Under the pieces are notes generated by a model that worked only from the letters and a program-made list of their open reading frames with translations, had not been told where the DNA came from and did not search any database. Source: Alphaproteobacteria bacterium (GTDB taxonomy: Bacteria; Pseudomonadota; Alphaproteobacteria; CAAHEQ01; UBA3637). From it: a stretch of 64,000 nt of DNA. Within the stretch, counting starts at the first letter, position 1. Every line of letters starts with the position of its first letter. This document shows positions 41,530 through 51,298 of the stretch, one piece after another. The stretch lies in the NCBI GenBank assembly GCA_045611705.1, contig JAZKXR010000007.1, forward strand, positions 248,662 to 312,661. The letters are read 5' to 3'. The translations under genes and the position numbers were made by a program.

Positions 41530-42400
41530 ATTCGCCTTTGTGGCCATAATAGGAAAGACAAACGTCGGTAAATCAACCCTTATCAATCGCTTGATTGGGG
41601 AAAAGATAAGCATTGTTTCACCAAAGGTTCAAACAACACGTTCCCGCGTACGCGGTATTTTAACCGAAAATAAAACTCAATTGGTGTTGGTGGATACACC
41701 GGGTATTTTCAAACCCCAACGCAGATTGGACAGAGCTATGTTGGATTGTGCTTGGACAGAATCCGCCGATTCCGATTTACAAATGATGGTTATGGATGCC
41801 AAAAAAGGCCTGACAGAAACGGATATTTCCATCTTACAAAAAATAAAGGGATCTGTTATTTTAGTCTTTAATAAAATTGACTTAGTTCAAAAAGACGAAC
41901 TAATCAAAAAATTGACCGATTTAAATAATATAAAAAACATCAAAACTGTTTTTTGTGTATCCGCCCAAACAGGCGAAGGGGTTAAGGATTTAAAAGATTA
42001 TTTATTAGAAAATGCACCCAATGGGCCTTGGATGTTTTCCGATGAAGAGTTAACCGATTTGCCCGATAAACTTTTTTGTGCCGAAATTACACGAGAAAAG
42101 CTGTTTTTATATTTAAGAGAAGAACTACCCTATCAACTAACAGTAGAACCTGTTTCCTTTAAAGAACAAAAACAATCCATCCGGATTGAACAAAATATTA
42201 TTGTATCCCGTACTGCCCACAAATCCATTATTTTAGGAGCTGGAGGGAAAATGATAAAAAAAATCGGCGAAGCAGCCCGTATGGAAATGACACGTCAATT
42301 GGGCAAAAAAGTTAATTTATTCTTATTTGTAAAGGTTCGCCAAGATTGGGTGGATGATGTCAACCAATATCAACAATGGGGATTAAATTTTAATGCCTGA
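41519..42400 (+). CDS. era: GTPase Era
   Basis: 293 aa with G1 GKTNVGKST, G3 DTPG, G4 NKID, and a KH domain C-terminus. Confidence 0.95.
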   Translation: MTTKFAFVAIIGKTNVGKSTLINRLIGEKISIVSPKVQTTRSRVRGILTENKTQLVLVDTPGIFKPQRRLDRAMLDCAWTESADSDLQMMVMDAKKGLTETDISILQKIKGSVILVFNKIDLVQKDELIKKLTDLNNIKNIKTVFCVSAQTGEGVKDLKDYLLENAPNGPWMFSDEELTDLPDKLFCAEITREKLFLYLREELPYQLTVEPVSFKEQKQSIRIEQNIIVSRTAHKSIILGAGGKMIKKIGEAARMEMTRQLGKKVNLFLFVKVRQDWVDDVNQYQQWGLNFNA

Positions 42401-43085
42401 ACAAAAGTACCATAATGCGATTGTTTTGGGGGCTAAAAAGCTGGGAGAAAAATCTTTTATCGTTTCTTTACTAACGAAAGAAAACGGACGTTATTTGGGG
42501 GTTTATAAAGGAAAATCCGCCCCCCAACCTGCTGATGTCGTTAATGCCCGATGGCAAGCCAGACTAAGTGAACAATTAGGTAGATTTTATTTGGAAAATT
42601 TAAAATCAACCTCTGGTTTTTACATGGATGATTGGCCACGCCTTTGTTGTATCAGATCTATTTGTGAATTATTAAATAAAACTTTACCAGAACGTCAATC
42701 TTATTCTAATTTATATGATGAAGTTTTTATTTTAATCAACAATTTAAATAACGAAGATTATGTAAAACATTATATCATTTTTGAATTAAATTTGTTACAG
42801 GAGTTGGGCTTTGGATTGGATTTTTCGGATTGCGCCGGTGGTGGCGACAAAAACAACTTGGCTTTTGTATCCCCTAAAACCGGACGAGCCGTCAGCTATG
42901 AAAAAGGATTGCCTTATCGTGATAAATTAATACACCTGCCCCGATTTTTATGGCAAAAAAACACAGAACCCATCAAAACAACCGACTTAAAAGACGGACT
43001 TTTTTTAACCGGATTCTTTTTACAAAAAAACGCCCTAAACGGATCTTTGCCTGATGGACGAAATTATTTATTGAAAAATAAATAA
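42393..43085 (+). CDS. recO: DNA repair protein RecO
   Basis: 230 aa in the conserved position after era. Has an OB-fold N-terminal region and a Cys cluster. Confidence 0.75.
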   Translation: MPEQKYHNAIVLGAKKLGEKSFIVSLLTKENGRYLGVYKGKSAPQPADVVNARWQARLSEQLGRFYLENLKSTSGFYMDDWPRLCCIRSICELLNKTLPERQSYSNLYDEVFILINNLNNEDYVKHYIIFELNLLQELGFGLDFSDCAGGGDKNNLAFVSPKTGRAVSYEKGLPYRDKLIHLPRFLWQKNTEPIKTTDLKDGLFLTGFFLQKNALNGSLPDGRNYLLKNK

Positions 43086-43120
43086 AATTAGATTATACTG
43101 ATAAAAAACGGAGAATAAAA

Positions 43121-43531
43121 ATGACAAAAGAAACAGATTTAGCAAAACATATCCACAATTTAAAGGTAATTGTAAAAACCGCACAAGAGCCAAAGCTTTT
43201 ATGGGAAGAAATGCAGATTTTGGCCCCAAAAGCCTTTAAATTACAGGAAAAAATAGAAAAATTATTAACTGAGTTGGAAGAAACCGCCACCGAAATTACA
43301 GCCGTTCAAATGTTGGCTGAAACGCGTGAAATGATGTGGGATTTAATGACTTTATTGGCTGAACGTGAATTACAATTAAAAACTTTACCACATCCGACAG
43401 CCTGTCAACATTCGCACCATAAATGTTGTTGTCATCATGAAGATAGCGAAGAACATCATCATTGTTGTTGCCACGAAGAACCGAAAGCTAAAAAATGTTG
43501 CAAAGGAAAGAAAAAATGTCAGAAAAAATAA
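43121..43531 (+). CDS. Hypothetical protein with His/Cys-rich metal-binding tail
   Basis: 136 aa. The C-terminal 45 aa read HSHHKCCCHHEDSEEHHHCCCHEEPKAKKCCKGKKKCQKK (13 Cys, 9 His). Confidence 0.6.
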   Translation: MTKETDLAKHIHNLKVIVKTAQEPKLLWEEMQILAPKAFKLQEKIEKLLTELEETATEITAVQMLAETREMMWDLMTLLAERELQLKTLPHPTACQHSHHKCCCHHEDSEEHHHCCCHEEPKAKKCCKGKKKCQKK

Positions 43532-43752
43532 GCGAACTTTCTTTTGAACAGGCCTTAGAAAAATTGGAAAACATTGTTTCACAACTGGAATCCGGTCAAA
43601 TAAAATTAGAAGATGCGGTCAAAGTATACGAAGAAGGCAACCAATTAAAAAAGATTTGTGAAGAAAAATTAAAAAATGCACAAATGAAAGTTGAAAAGCT
43701 GCTCTTGGATAAACAGGACAAACCTGTATCCACTGAGCCTTTGGACGAATAA
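43516..43752 (+). CDS. xseB: Exodeoxyribonuclease VII small subunit
   Basis: About 78 aa from ATG 43516 (RBS AAGGAAAG): MSEKISELSFEQALEKLENIVSQLESGQIKLEDAVKVYEEG. Confidence 0.8.
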   Translation: MSEKISELSFEQALEKLENIVSQLESGQIKLEDAVKVYEEGNQLKKICEEKLKNAQMKVEKLLLDKQDKPVSTEPLDE

Positions 43753-43772
43753 AAACAAAAAAGGGGGATAAA

Positions 43773-44417
43773 ATGCGCCTGATGAACGAACAAGAACGTC
43801 TGATTTTTTTTGAGGCATTACATCAGCAATATCCCAACCCAAAATGTGAATTAAATTGGTCAAATCCTTGGGAATTGATGATGGCTATTATTTTGTCCGC
43901 ACAATCAACCGATAAAAACGTCAACAAGACAACACCCGAACTTTTCAAAGTGGCAAACACACCTGAAAAAGCATTAAAATTAGGCATTAACGGTATTACA
44001 CCTTTGGTAAAAAGTATCAATTATTTTAACAATAAAACAAAAGCCATTGTTAATTTAGCAAATGAAATTGTCAATAATTATAACGGAGAAATTCCAACCG
44101 ACTTTGAAACGCTGATAACTTTACCGGGTATTGGCAAAAAAACTGCCAGCGTCTTTTTAAACGTGGCCTATAATAAACCTTATATCGGTGTTGATACCCA
44201 TGTTTTTCGTTTAGCACACAGATTAAAAATATGTACAGGAAAAAATCCACAGGAAGTTCAAACAAAACTGGAAAAAATAGTTCCTGAAAAATACAAACCA
44301 ACTTTTGCCCTTGGAACCGTTTTGTTGGGGCGTTACATTTGTACAGCCCGAAAACCAAAATGTTATGAATGTCCGTTGTATGATGTTTGCTTATCCGATG
44401 AAAAGGAGAAAAGATGA
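43773..44417 (+). CDS. nth: Endonuclease III
   Basis: 214 aa with HhH-GPD (LPGIGKKTASV) and the 4Fe-4S cluster loop C-x6-C-x2-C-x5-C (CTARKPKCYECPLYDVC). Confidence 0.9.
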   Translation: MRLMNEQERLIFFEALHQQYPNPKCELNWSNPWELMMAIILSAQSTDKNVNKTTPELFKVANTPEKALKLGINGITPLVKSINYFNNKTKAIVNLANEIVNNYNGEIPTDFETLITLPGIGKKTASVFLNVAYNKPYIGVDTHVFRLAHRLKICTGKNPQEVQTKLEKIVPEKYKPTFALGTVLLGRYICTARKPKCYECPLYDVCLSDEKEKR

Positions 44418-45655
44418 AAAAACTGATTTTCCTTTTATGCTTTTTGATCTTTCCGCTTTTAGCACAAGAAGTCAACAACAATACTTTTAATGAAAATAAC
44501 CCAAATCTGATTTATGATAATGTAGCCAAAAAATATTCCGGCGGATCGTTTGTTTATATTCAAGGAATCTCGGACAAGCCACAACCTAAAACATGGATAG
44601 ACAATGCAAAAATATATTTATTCGGCTCTATGGAAATTCCAAAAGAACCTGATGCTCCCCATTTAAGTGATTCCCCTTCCTTTGATAACTCACAAAATGA
44701 AATTGGCATACCTGTCAATACTTTTTTTGGAAAAAACAAAGAACTTAAATATACCCCCCATACCAGTGATTGGGACTTTATTATTCAATTAATGGGGGGG
44801 CAAAATATATATATTAAGGAACATTTGCAGTTTTTAACAACACAAGATGCCCCCATTATTCGTTCATGGCCGATTAATTCTGATCATTTCTTTTTAATCA
44901 GTGCAAAAATTAACGGCCAAAACATTAAACAATTTTTGGAAAAAAGAAGTGATTTAACTTCGTTAAAGCTCCCTTCAATTCCAAAGGGAACACATAAAAT
45001 AATGTTAGAATATGTTTTATCTAACCAAACGAACGCAAATGAAATATCATTACCTTTAACTGCTTCAAATTGGCCGCTGGAAGTGGACAACATGTCTGGT
45101 ATTATTTTAACAGATCAAAGCCAATTAGAAAATACAAAATTCTTATTTGGTCAAAATAAATTGGAAATACCTTCCAATTTTACCATTCAAAAAGACAATA
45201 AAGGCAACACTTTTTTTAAAAACAATCATCTCATACCGGCTTTTGCCCAAATCCAATTAAATGCAAAACATACAAAGCAACAAAGAGAAGACAATGCATT
45301 GGGGAAGCTATCACCATTTGCTTTATTTTTAATCTCCTTTATTGTTATTCTTCTTTATCTAATTCTATCTGGATATGAAATATTCAGCCAATCTTTGTTG
45401 TTTCAATTAAAACGTTTTAAAAGACACAACAATAATATTTTTATCAATTGGATTTACAGAATGGGAGAAATTATTATTGGTATTTTTATTTTATTGATTT
45501 TAACTCTTCTCATCTCCTTATTTTTAAAAATCAACCTGTCTTTGCTTTGGATTTTATTATTGACTATATCTGTTTTGGGTATTATTTTATTAGACATATT
45601 TATTTTCCATCCAAAACAAAAGGAAATTTTTAAAATTCATAAAAAACAACAGTAA
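44414..45655 (+). CDS. Membrane-anchored secreted protein, DUF2207-like architecture
   Basis: 413 aa with a signal peptide, a ~290-aa extracytoplasmic domain, and a C-terminal cluster of 3 or more TM helices. Confidence 0.5.
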   Translation: MKKLIFLLCFLIFPLLAQEVNNNTFNENNPNLIYDNVAKKYSGGSFVYIQGISDKPQPKTWIDNAKIYLFGSMEIPKEPDAPHLSDSPSFDNSQNEIGIPVNTFFGKNKELKYTPHTSDWDFIIQLMGGQNIYIKEHLQFLTTQDAPIIRSWPINSDHFFLISAKINGQNIKQFLEKRSDLTSLKLPSIPKGTHKIMLEYVLSNQTNANEISLPLTASNWPLEVDNMSGIILTDQSQLENTKFLFGQNKLEIPSNFTIQKDNKGNTFFKNNHLIPAFAQIQLNAKHTKQQREDNALGKLSPFALFLISFIVILLYLILSGYEIFSQSLLFQLKRFKRHNNNIFINWIYRMGEIIIGIFILLILTLLISLFLKINLSLLWILLLTISVLGIILLDIFIFHPKQKEIFKIHKKQQ

Positions 45656-45664
45656 GGAAACAGT

Positions 45665-46453
45665 ATGAAAAAATGGATTATCTTAATTTTATTTTTATGC
45701 ACCTGTTCTGCTTTACATGCATCAGAAAATATACCAATCAACAAAATTCAGATACATCGGCAACATATAATCAACCGTCAAGACGAATTGTTGGATTTTT
45801 TGTTAAAAATTCCTTTTGAAAAACGTCAATATATTTTCCCAATGCTTTCAGAACAAAAAAATATACCCAAAAAAATAAAAACTCATCCGGATATTTTGGT
45901 TTGGAAAAACAAACGACCGACAAGGATTGCAAAAAGATTCCAAAATGATCCAGAATTATTGGAGTTTTTACCGGCTCAATTTTATCATTTTTTGGCCCCA
46001 GAGATGTGGCCAAACGAACAGATATCATCAGAAGAAGCAAATATGAACCAGCTTTTTATGAATTTAATACAAAACAATTTAAATGAAACAGATTCAGCAA
46101 AACCAACCGAATTAATAGAATTAAAAAATGGATTAAAAATTATCAATAATCATTTAAGAAAAGATCAAAAAGAACAATTAAAAAACAATCGAAACATCAG
46201 TTTAAATCAACTGGTTTTATTTAATACGCCTCAAATGGAAAGGGAAATTAAAGAACTTGGCTATCCATCCGTTCACGACTTTACCCAAAAAGCCGATAAA
46301 ATAGCCTTTGTATATCGCCAATATAAAAGAGGACAGAATCCCATTCCTTCAGATGAGCAGATTTTGGTAAAAAATTATATGTCTTTAATTCCGTTTGTTT
46401 TTAAAGAAGTCGGTTTTGAATCTTTATTGGACACAAACCTTCATTCAGATTGA
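45665..46453 (+). CDS. Secreted hypothetical protein (262 aa)
   Basis: Signal peptide MKKWIILILFLCTCSALHA. No recognisable domain. Confidence 0.5.
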   Translation: MKKWIILILFLCTCSALHASENIPINKIQIHRQHIINRQDELLDFLLKIPFEKRQYIFPMLSEQKNIPKKIKTHPDILVWKNKRPTRIAKRFQNDPELLEFLPAQFYHFLAPEMWPNEQISSEEANMNQLFMNLIQNNLNETDSAKPTELIELKNGLKIINNHLRKDQKEQLKNNRNISLNQLVLFNTPQMEREIKELGYPSVHDFTQKADKIAFVYRQYKRGQNPIPSDEQILVKNYMSLIPFVFKEVGFESLLDTNLHSD

Positions 46454-46504
46454 CAAAAGTATTTTTTTTGGTTATAATTATGAAATAAAATAAGGAGATT
46501 TTTT

Positions 46505-46882
46505 ATGGTTTGGACAGAAGATAAAATTAAAAAATTGAAAAAGATGTGGCAGGCAGGTAAGCCAACAGCCGAAATAGCCAAAAATTTAGGAATGTCAAAA
46601 AATTCCATTATCGGAAAAGTACATCGTTTGAATTTAAAAGAACGCCCTTCTCCGATAAAAAAAGACGTAAAAAAAACAACTTCTCTTCCCAAAAAAATCG
46701 TTGAAAAAGTTCAATTGATGGATTTGAAATTGAACACATGCCGTTGGCCGATCGGAGATCCAAAAGACGAGGATTTTTGTTTTTGTGGAAAACAAACATT
46801 AATGGGGAAACCATATTGTCAACAACATTGTCAGGAAGCCTATTTAAATATGGCCCCTGAACAAAATAAAGAGAAAAAATAA
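46505..46882 (+). CDS. gcrA: Cell-cycle regulator GcrA
   Basis: N-terminus MVWTEDKIKKLKKMWQAGKPTAEIAKNLGMSKNSIIGKVHRLNL is collinear with Caulobacter GcrA. C-terminal CRWPIGDP...C..C region present. Confidence 0.85.
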   Translation: MVWTEDKIKKLKKMWQAGKPTAEIAKNLGMSKNSIIGKVHRLNLKERPSPIKKDVKKTTSLPKKIVEKVQLMDLKLNTCRWPIGDPKDEDFCFCGKQTLMGKPYCQQHCQEAYLNMAPEQNKEKK

Positions 46883-46883
46883 G

Positions 46884-49511
46884 ATGCCCATATCCGGTCA
46901 AAGCCTTTGTCTGATTGACGGTTCCGGATATATTTTTCGGGCATTTTATGCACTACCCCCTATGCACAGACCAGATGGCACACCCACCAATGCCGTTTAT
47001 GGTTTTACATCCATGATGATAAATTTGTTACAGGAAAATGCCTGTAATCAGATTTTGGTTGTCTTTGATGCAAAACGCAAAAATTTCAGAAATGACATTT
47101 ATCCTGAATATAAAGCCAATCGATTAGAAACACCCCCAGAACTGATTCCTCAATTCCCGCTGATTCGTCAGGCTTGTGACGCATTGAATATTGACAGGAT
47201 TGAAATGGAAGGCTATGAAGCCGATGATTTAATTGCCACCTATGCCCGAATTGCCACAGCACAAGGCAAAAAAGTACGCATTATTTCAGCCGATAAAGAT
47301 TTAATGCAACTGATGCAAAAAGATGTTGTTTTGCATGACCCAATGAAAAAAAAGGATTTAACCTCTCAAGATGTTATACATAAATTTGGCGTTTTGCCCA
47401 ACAAAGTGGTTGAGGTCCAATCTTTAATGGGTGATTCAACGGATAACATTCCGGGTGCATCAGGTATCGGGCCTAAAACGGCCGCCAGTTTGGTCCAACA
47501 ATTCGGCAGCATTGAGAATCTGTATGAACATTTAGAGCAAATTAAATCCGAAAAACAACGTGAAAAACTAAAACAAGACAAGGAAAAAGTTTTTATTTCC
47601 AAACAATTAGTCTCTTTGGACGCTTATGCCCCCGTGGATACCGATTTATCAAAATTTACTCAAAAAACACTTGATTGTGAAAAAGCGTTGAAATTTTTAA
47701 AGGAAAACAATTTCCCAAGCCTGATAAAAAAATTAAACATTGATTCTTTTGACATTGAAAAAAAACAACAAATGCCAGATGTTGCTGACATTTCACTTAA
47801 AGAATTAAAAGAACAGGCTGATTTTGAAACACTTATAGCCAAAACAAAGAAGGAAAAGAAGTTAGCTTTTAATATCAAAACGGATGATAAAGAATCCTTT
47901 ATAACGGATATATTTTTCGCACCTGATATAAATGAAATTTTTCATCTAAACTTAAAAAAACAAGAATCATTGGATTTATTTTCTTTTGCCCCCTGCTCTG
48001 TGGATGCAAAAACAATTCAAAATTTAAACGATTTATTTGATTTGGATATTACTTTTTTGGGCTACGACATCAAAAAAAGCATGCACTTATTGAATAATAC
48101 AGGTATTCGCTTTGGCCAAAATTTCCAAGATATACTTTTAATGCAGTACGATTATAAAGGCACAAAGTTCAATAAAATCACCGATATGATTAAACATCAT
48201 CTAAATTTAACCGATATTGATGAAAATCATTTTGCTGTCTTTTTACACCCATTATTTGAAATTATCAAAGAAAAATTAGAAAATCAAAATCTTTGGGGAA
48301 TTTATCGGGATGTTGATTTGCCATTGATTCCATGGTTGTTTCAAATGGAAAAAGCGGGTATTTTAACCGACGAAAAACAATTACAGATATTAAATCAGTC
48401 TTTTACGGAAAAATTAAACGATTTATCCAAACAAATCCATGCTATAACCGGCGAAGATTTTAACATCAACTCACCGGCTCAATTAGGGGTAATTTTATTT
48501 GAACAGCGGGGATTGGCCGGTGGCAAAAAAGGCCCGTCCGGTCATTGGATAACAGATGTTAAAGTTCTGGAAACACTGTTAGAAGAAACAGATGATGAAC
48601 TGATCCGTTTGATTTTGGAATACCGCAGTTTAAACAAATTAAAATCCACCTATATTGACGATTTGATTGAACGCAACAAAAAGGATAAACGCATTCACAC
48701 AAGCTATTCTTTGACCAGTACGAATACAGGACGTTTATCTTCATCAAATCCAAACTTGCAAAATATTCCCGTTCGCACTCAGGAAGGAAAAAATATCCGT
48801 CAGGCTTTTGTGGCAAAACCTGGTTATTCTTTGATTTCAGCCGACTATTCACAAATTGAATTACGTTTGATGGCGGATTTTGCCAATGTCCAAAAATTAA
48901 AAGATGCCTTTATCAATGGCGACGACATTCATGCCCAAACAGCCAGCCAGATTTTATCCATCCCATTAAACCAAGTCACGCCCGATCAACGCCGTCAGGC
49001 AAAAGCCGTGAACTTTGGTATTATTTATGGCATTTCCAGCTTTGGTTTGGCCCGCAATTTAGGCATTTCAAGATCTCAGGCCAAACAATATATTGATGCA
49101 TATTTCACCCAGTATCCCGAAATTAAAACATATATGGATAAAACAATCCAATTTGCCCAAAAAAACGGCTTTGTCAAAACACCCATTGGTCGACGCATTT
49201 ACATTGACGGATTTAATATCCCCGCCATGCGTCAATTTGCCAACCGTTCCGCCATCAATGCCCCCATCCAAGGCGGTGCAGCCGATATCATCAAAATGGC
49301 CATGATTCGTGTTTTCAAGGTTTTGAAAGAGTCTAAATTAGATATCACACCGCTTTTGCAAGTGCATGATGAACTTATCTTTGAAGTTGCCGAAAAAGAT
49401 ATAGAATCCGCCAAACAAATCATTAAAGAAAATATGGAAAAAGTCATCAAACTATCCATACCTTTGGTGGCCGAAATTGGCGTGGCAGATAATTGGTTGG
49501 ATGCCCATTAA
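46884..49511 (+). CDS. polA: DNA polymerase I
   Basis: 875 aa with a 5'-3' exonuclease domain, and polymerase motifs A (DYSQIELR) and B (RRQAKAVNFGIIYG). Confidence 0.95.
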   Translation: MPISGQSLCLIDGSGYIFRAFYALPPMHRPDGTPTNAVYGFTSMMINLLQENACNQILVVFDAKRKNFRNDIYPEYKANRLETPPELIPQFPLIRQACDALNIDRIEMEGYEADDLIATYARIATAQGKKVRIISADKDLMQLMQKDVVLHDPMKKKDLTSQDVIHKFGVLPNKVVEVQSLMGDSTDNIPGASGIGPKTAASLVQQFGSIENLYEHLEQIKSEKQREKLKQDKEKVFISKQLVSLDAYAPVDTDLSKFTQKTLDCEKALKFLKENNFPSLIKKLNIDSFDIEKKQQMPDVADISLKELKEQADFETLIAKTKKEKKLAFNIKTDDKESFITDIFFAPDINEIFHLNLKKQESLDLFSFAPCSVDAKTIQNLNDLFDLDITFLGYDIKKSMHLLNNTGIRFGQNFQDILLMQYDYKGTKFNKITDMIKHHLNLTDIDENHFAVFLHPLFEIIKEKLENQNLWGIYRDVDLPLIPWLFQMEKAGILTDEKQLQILNQSFTEKLNDLSKQIHAITGEDFNINSPAQLGVILFEQRGLAGGKKGPSGHWITDVKVLETLLEETDDELIRLILEYRSLNKLKSTYIDDLIERNKKDKRIHTSYSLTSTNTGRLSSSNPNLQNIPVRTQEGKNIRQAFVAKPGYSLISADYSQIELRLMADFANVQKLKDAFINGDDIHAQTASQILSIPLNQVTPDQRRQAKAVNFGIIYGISSFGLARNLGISRSQAKQYIDAYFTQYPEIKTYMDKTIQFAQKNGFVKTPIGRRIYIDGFNIPAMRQFANRSAINAPIQGGAADIIKMAMIRVFKVLKESKLDITPLLQVHDELIFEVAEKDIESAKQIIKENMEKVIKLSIPLVAEIGVADNWLDAH

Positions 49512-49580
49512 AAAAACTTGACTTTTCATTTTTCATATGCTTTTATTTTATCATTAAAGGTTATTGATAAGGAGTTTTAA

Positions 49581-50474
49581 ATGGAAAAAAACACAACAAA
49601 AGAAGAACAAATAGACCAAGTAATGGCCAAAAAAGATATCAGTAAGGAAGAAGCGCAAAAAGAGGTTGCCCAAAAAGGGATTGAAGAAATTACAGGTAAA
49701 ACAGCGAATCAAGCTTCCCAAGAAACGCGTGAAATTTTGGAAGTTTATGATGCATTGGAATCTCAAAATTCAAATGAAATAAATAAGGAAAAACAAGATA
49801 CTGATTTAAAAACGGTCAAAGAGTTTCAAGAAAAAATTGATAAAAATCCAACACTTGCAGACGATTTGGTAAAAGCAGGACTCGGATCCGAACAATTGAA
49901 CATAACTGCCGAAAAATTAGAAAATCGTATTGATAAAGTGGCCCAAGAAATGGATATCCACGGCGAAGCAAATTCAGAACAAAAAGAGGAAAATTCACAA
50001 AATATTGAAAAATCAGAACAAGAATTTTCTAATCAAGAGAATAATTCTGATGATCTTTTGCCTCCACCTATTCTCCCACAGGATCAAAATAATCAATCAG
50101 AAAATGAAAATACATCCCCACAAGAAGATCAAAATAATCAATCAGAAAATGAAAATACATCCCCTCAAGAAGATCAAAATAATACCCAAGATAATAAAAG
50201 TCAAAATAAACAAAACAATATAACAAATATTTTGATGGAAGCGTCTAAAAATGGTGCAAAATTAACACTTGATGCCATAAAAGAAGGACAAAAGCTTTCA
50301 ACAACTGTTGCAAACGCCTCGGGTGAAGTTGTCGGAACCGTTGCCCAAAAAGGCACGGAAAAAGTTTTGGGTAATGGCATTATTGGAAAAACAGGCGGAA
50401 AAATCGCAAAAGACCTCTCCTCAAAAGCTGTTTCCTCATTTATTAAAGCCCAAATAGGTAATTTGGGGAAATAG
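49581..50474 (+). CDS. Acidic, low-complexity protein with 42-bp tandem repeats (QNNQSENENTSPQED x2.3)
   Basis: 297 aa, very E/K/Q/N-rich. DNA tandem repeat at about 50080-50190. Confidence 0.5.
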   Translation: MEKNTTKEEQIDQVMAKKDISKEEAQKEVAQKGIEEITGKTANQASQETREILEVYDALESQNSNEINKEKQDTDLKTVKEFQEKIDKNPTLADDLVKAGLGSEQLNITAEKLENRIDKVAQEMDIHGEANSEQKEENSQNIEKSEQEFSNQENNSDDLLPPPILPQDQNNQSENENTSPQEDQNNQSENENTSPQEDQNNTQDNKSQNKQNNITNILMEASKNGAKLTLDAIKEGQKLSTTVANASGEVVGTVAQKGTEKVLGNGIIGKTGGKIAKDLSSKAVSSFIKAQIGNLGK

Positions 50475-50477
50475 TTT

Positions 50478-50918
50478 TCAAATAATATCCAAAATTTTCT
50501 TTTTGTGTTTTTGGGCGTATTGAACAGCCCGATAAGCGCCACCGATTTTATCGCAAATATAACAAACGATACAATCTGTGTTATCCACCACCCATTGATT
50601 GCGTTTGACAATACTGGCACGCTTTGGGGCTTTTTCAATTTCAACAGGCATAATAAAATCCGTAAAATCACATTTCATATATTGCAATTCATTCGGATAA
50701 CAAAGAACCGCAACAACTTGAATTTTTGGATAAATTCTTTTTAAATCACAGGCAATTTTTGAACACAGAATATCAAATTCCCCATGATTTCCAACATAAA
50801 AAACATCCACCCCCTGATGAATTAAATCAATGATAACAGAACGTAAAATTTTGGCAATCTGTTCAGATTTTCCAAACAAATTGGCATGACCGAAAAAAGC
50901 GCATTTTTTGCCCATCAT
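50478..50918 (-). CDS. YpsA-family SLOG-domain protein (DUF1273)
   Basis: 146 aa collinear with Bacillus YpsA: FFGHANLFG...VFYVGNHGEFDILCSKIACDLKRIYPKIQVVAVLCYPNE...KRNQWVVDNTDCIVCY (compare ITGYKPFELG...[37 protein letters not shown]...QKNQWFIDKSDGLLLLY). Confidence 0.75.
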   Translation of the reverse strand: MMGKKCAFFGHANLFGKSEQIAKILRSVIIDLIHQGVDVFYVGNHGEFDILCSKIACDLKRIYPKIQVVAVLCYPNELQYMKCDFTDFIMPVEIEKAPKRASIVKRNQWVVDNTDCIVCYICDKIGGAYRAVQYAQKHKKKILDII

Positions 50919-50940
50919 CCACCCCTTTTTTTTGTTCTAT

Positions 50941-51170
50941 TTAACAATTCGCCCACCTTATTCAGGTGGGTGGATGTTAGTAACTATAGGTCGTTAGAAG
51001 AATAGTCCTGCCTTATTGGGGTGGATACCTTATTCGGCAGGCATCCACCCATGAACTATACGCATCTTCGGCATATCCAAGGCGGATGCCGACAGAATTT
51101 TCTTCTGCCCTAACAACCTATCAGACTACTAAATCCTAGCTTGAGGGGCATTTCACCCAAGCAAATGTAT
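50941..51170. ncRNA. GC-rich, ORF-free structured intergenic block. Candidate structured RNA (leader of the YpsA-like gene or independent ncRNA), strand unresolved.
   Basis: Hairpin CCCACC-TTATTC-AGGTGGG. Interleaved pairings CCTGCC(51008)/GGCAGG(51036) and GGTGGAT(51021)/ATCCACC(51043) give a pseudoknot-like topology. Further hairpin at 51065-51095. The TTATTC loop motif recurs. Confidence 0.3.
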
Positions 51171-51220
51171 TATAAAGAAAAAATTTTCAAAAGGCAATTA
51201 AAAAAATTAAATCTAAAACC

Positions 51221-51245
51221 TTATAGCAAAAAACCGCCCTTACGG
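51221..51245 (-). terminator. Rho-independent terminator after the TIM-barrel gene
   Basis: Minus strand reads GCCGTCCGTAAGGGCGG followed by TTTTTTGC. Confidence 0.6.
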
Positions 51246-51298
51246 ACGGCTTAAAAAAATGGTGAGGGGTATCTTGCCCAACGCGAGCCAACCAAAGA

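Noticed and set aside
49930-50223. Plus ORF 49930..50223 and minus ORF 50201..50671
   Set aside because: Alternate-frame or antisense readings of the repeat region of the acidic protein gene and of the YpsA-like gene.
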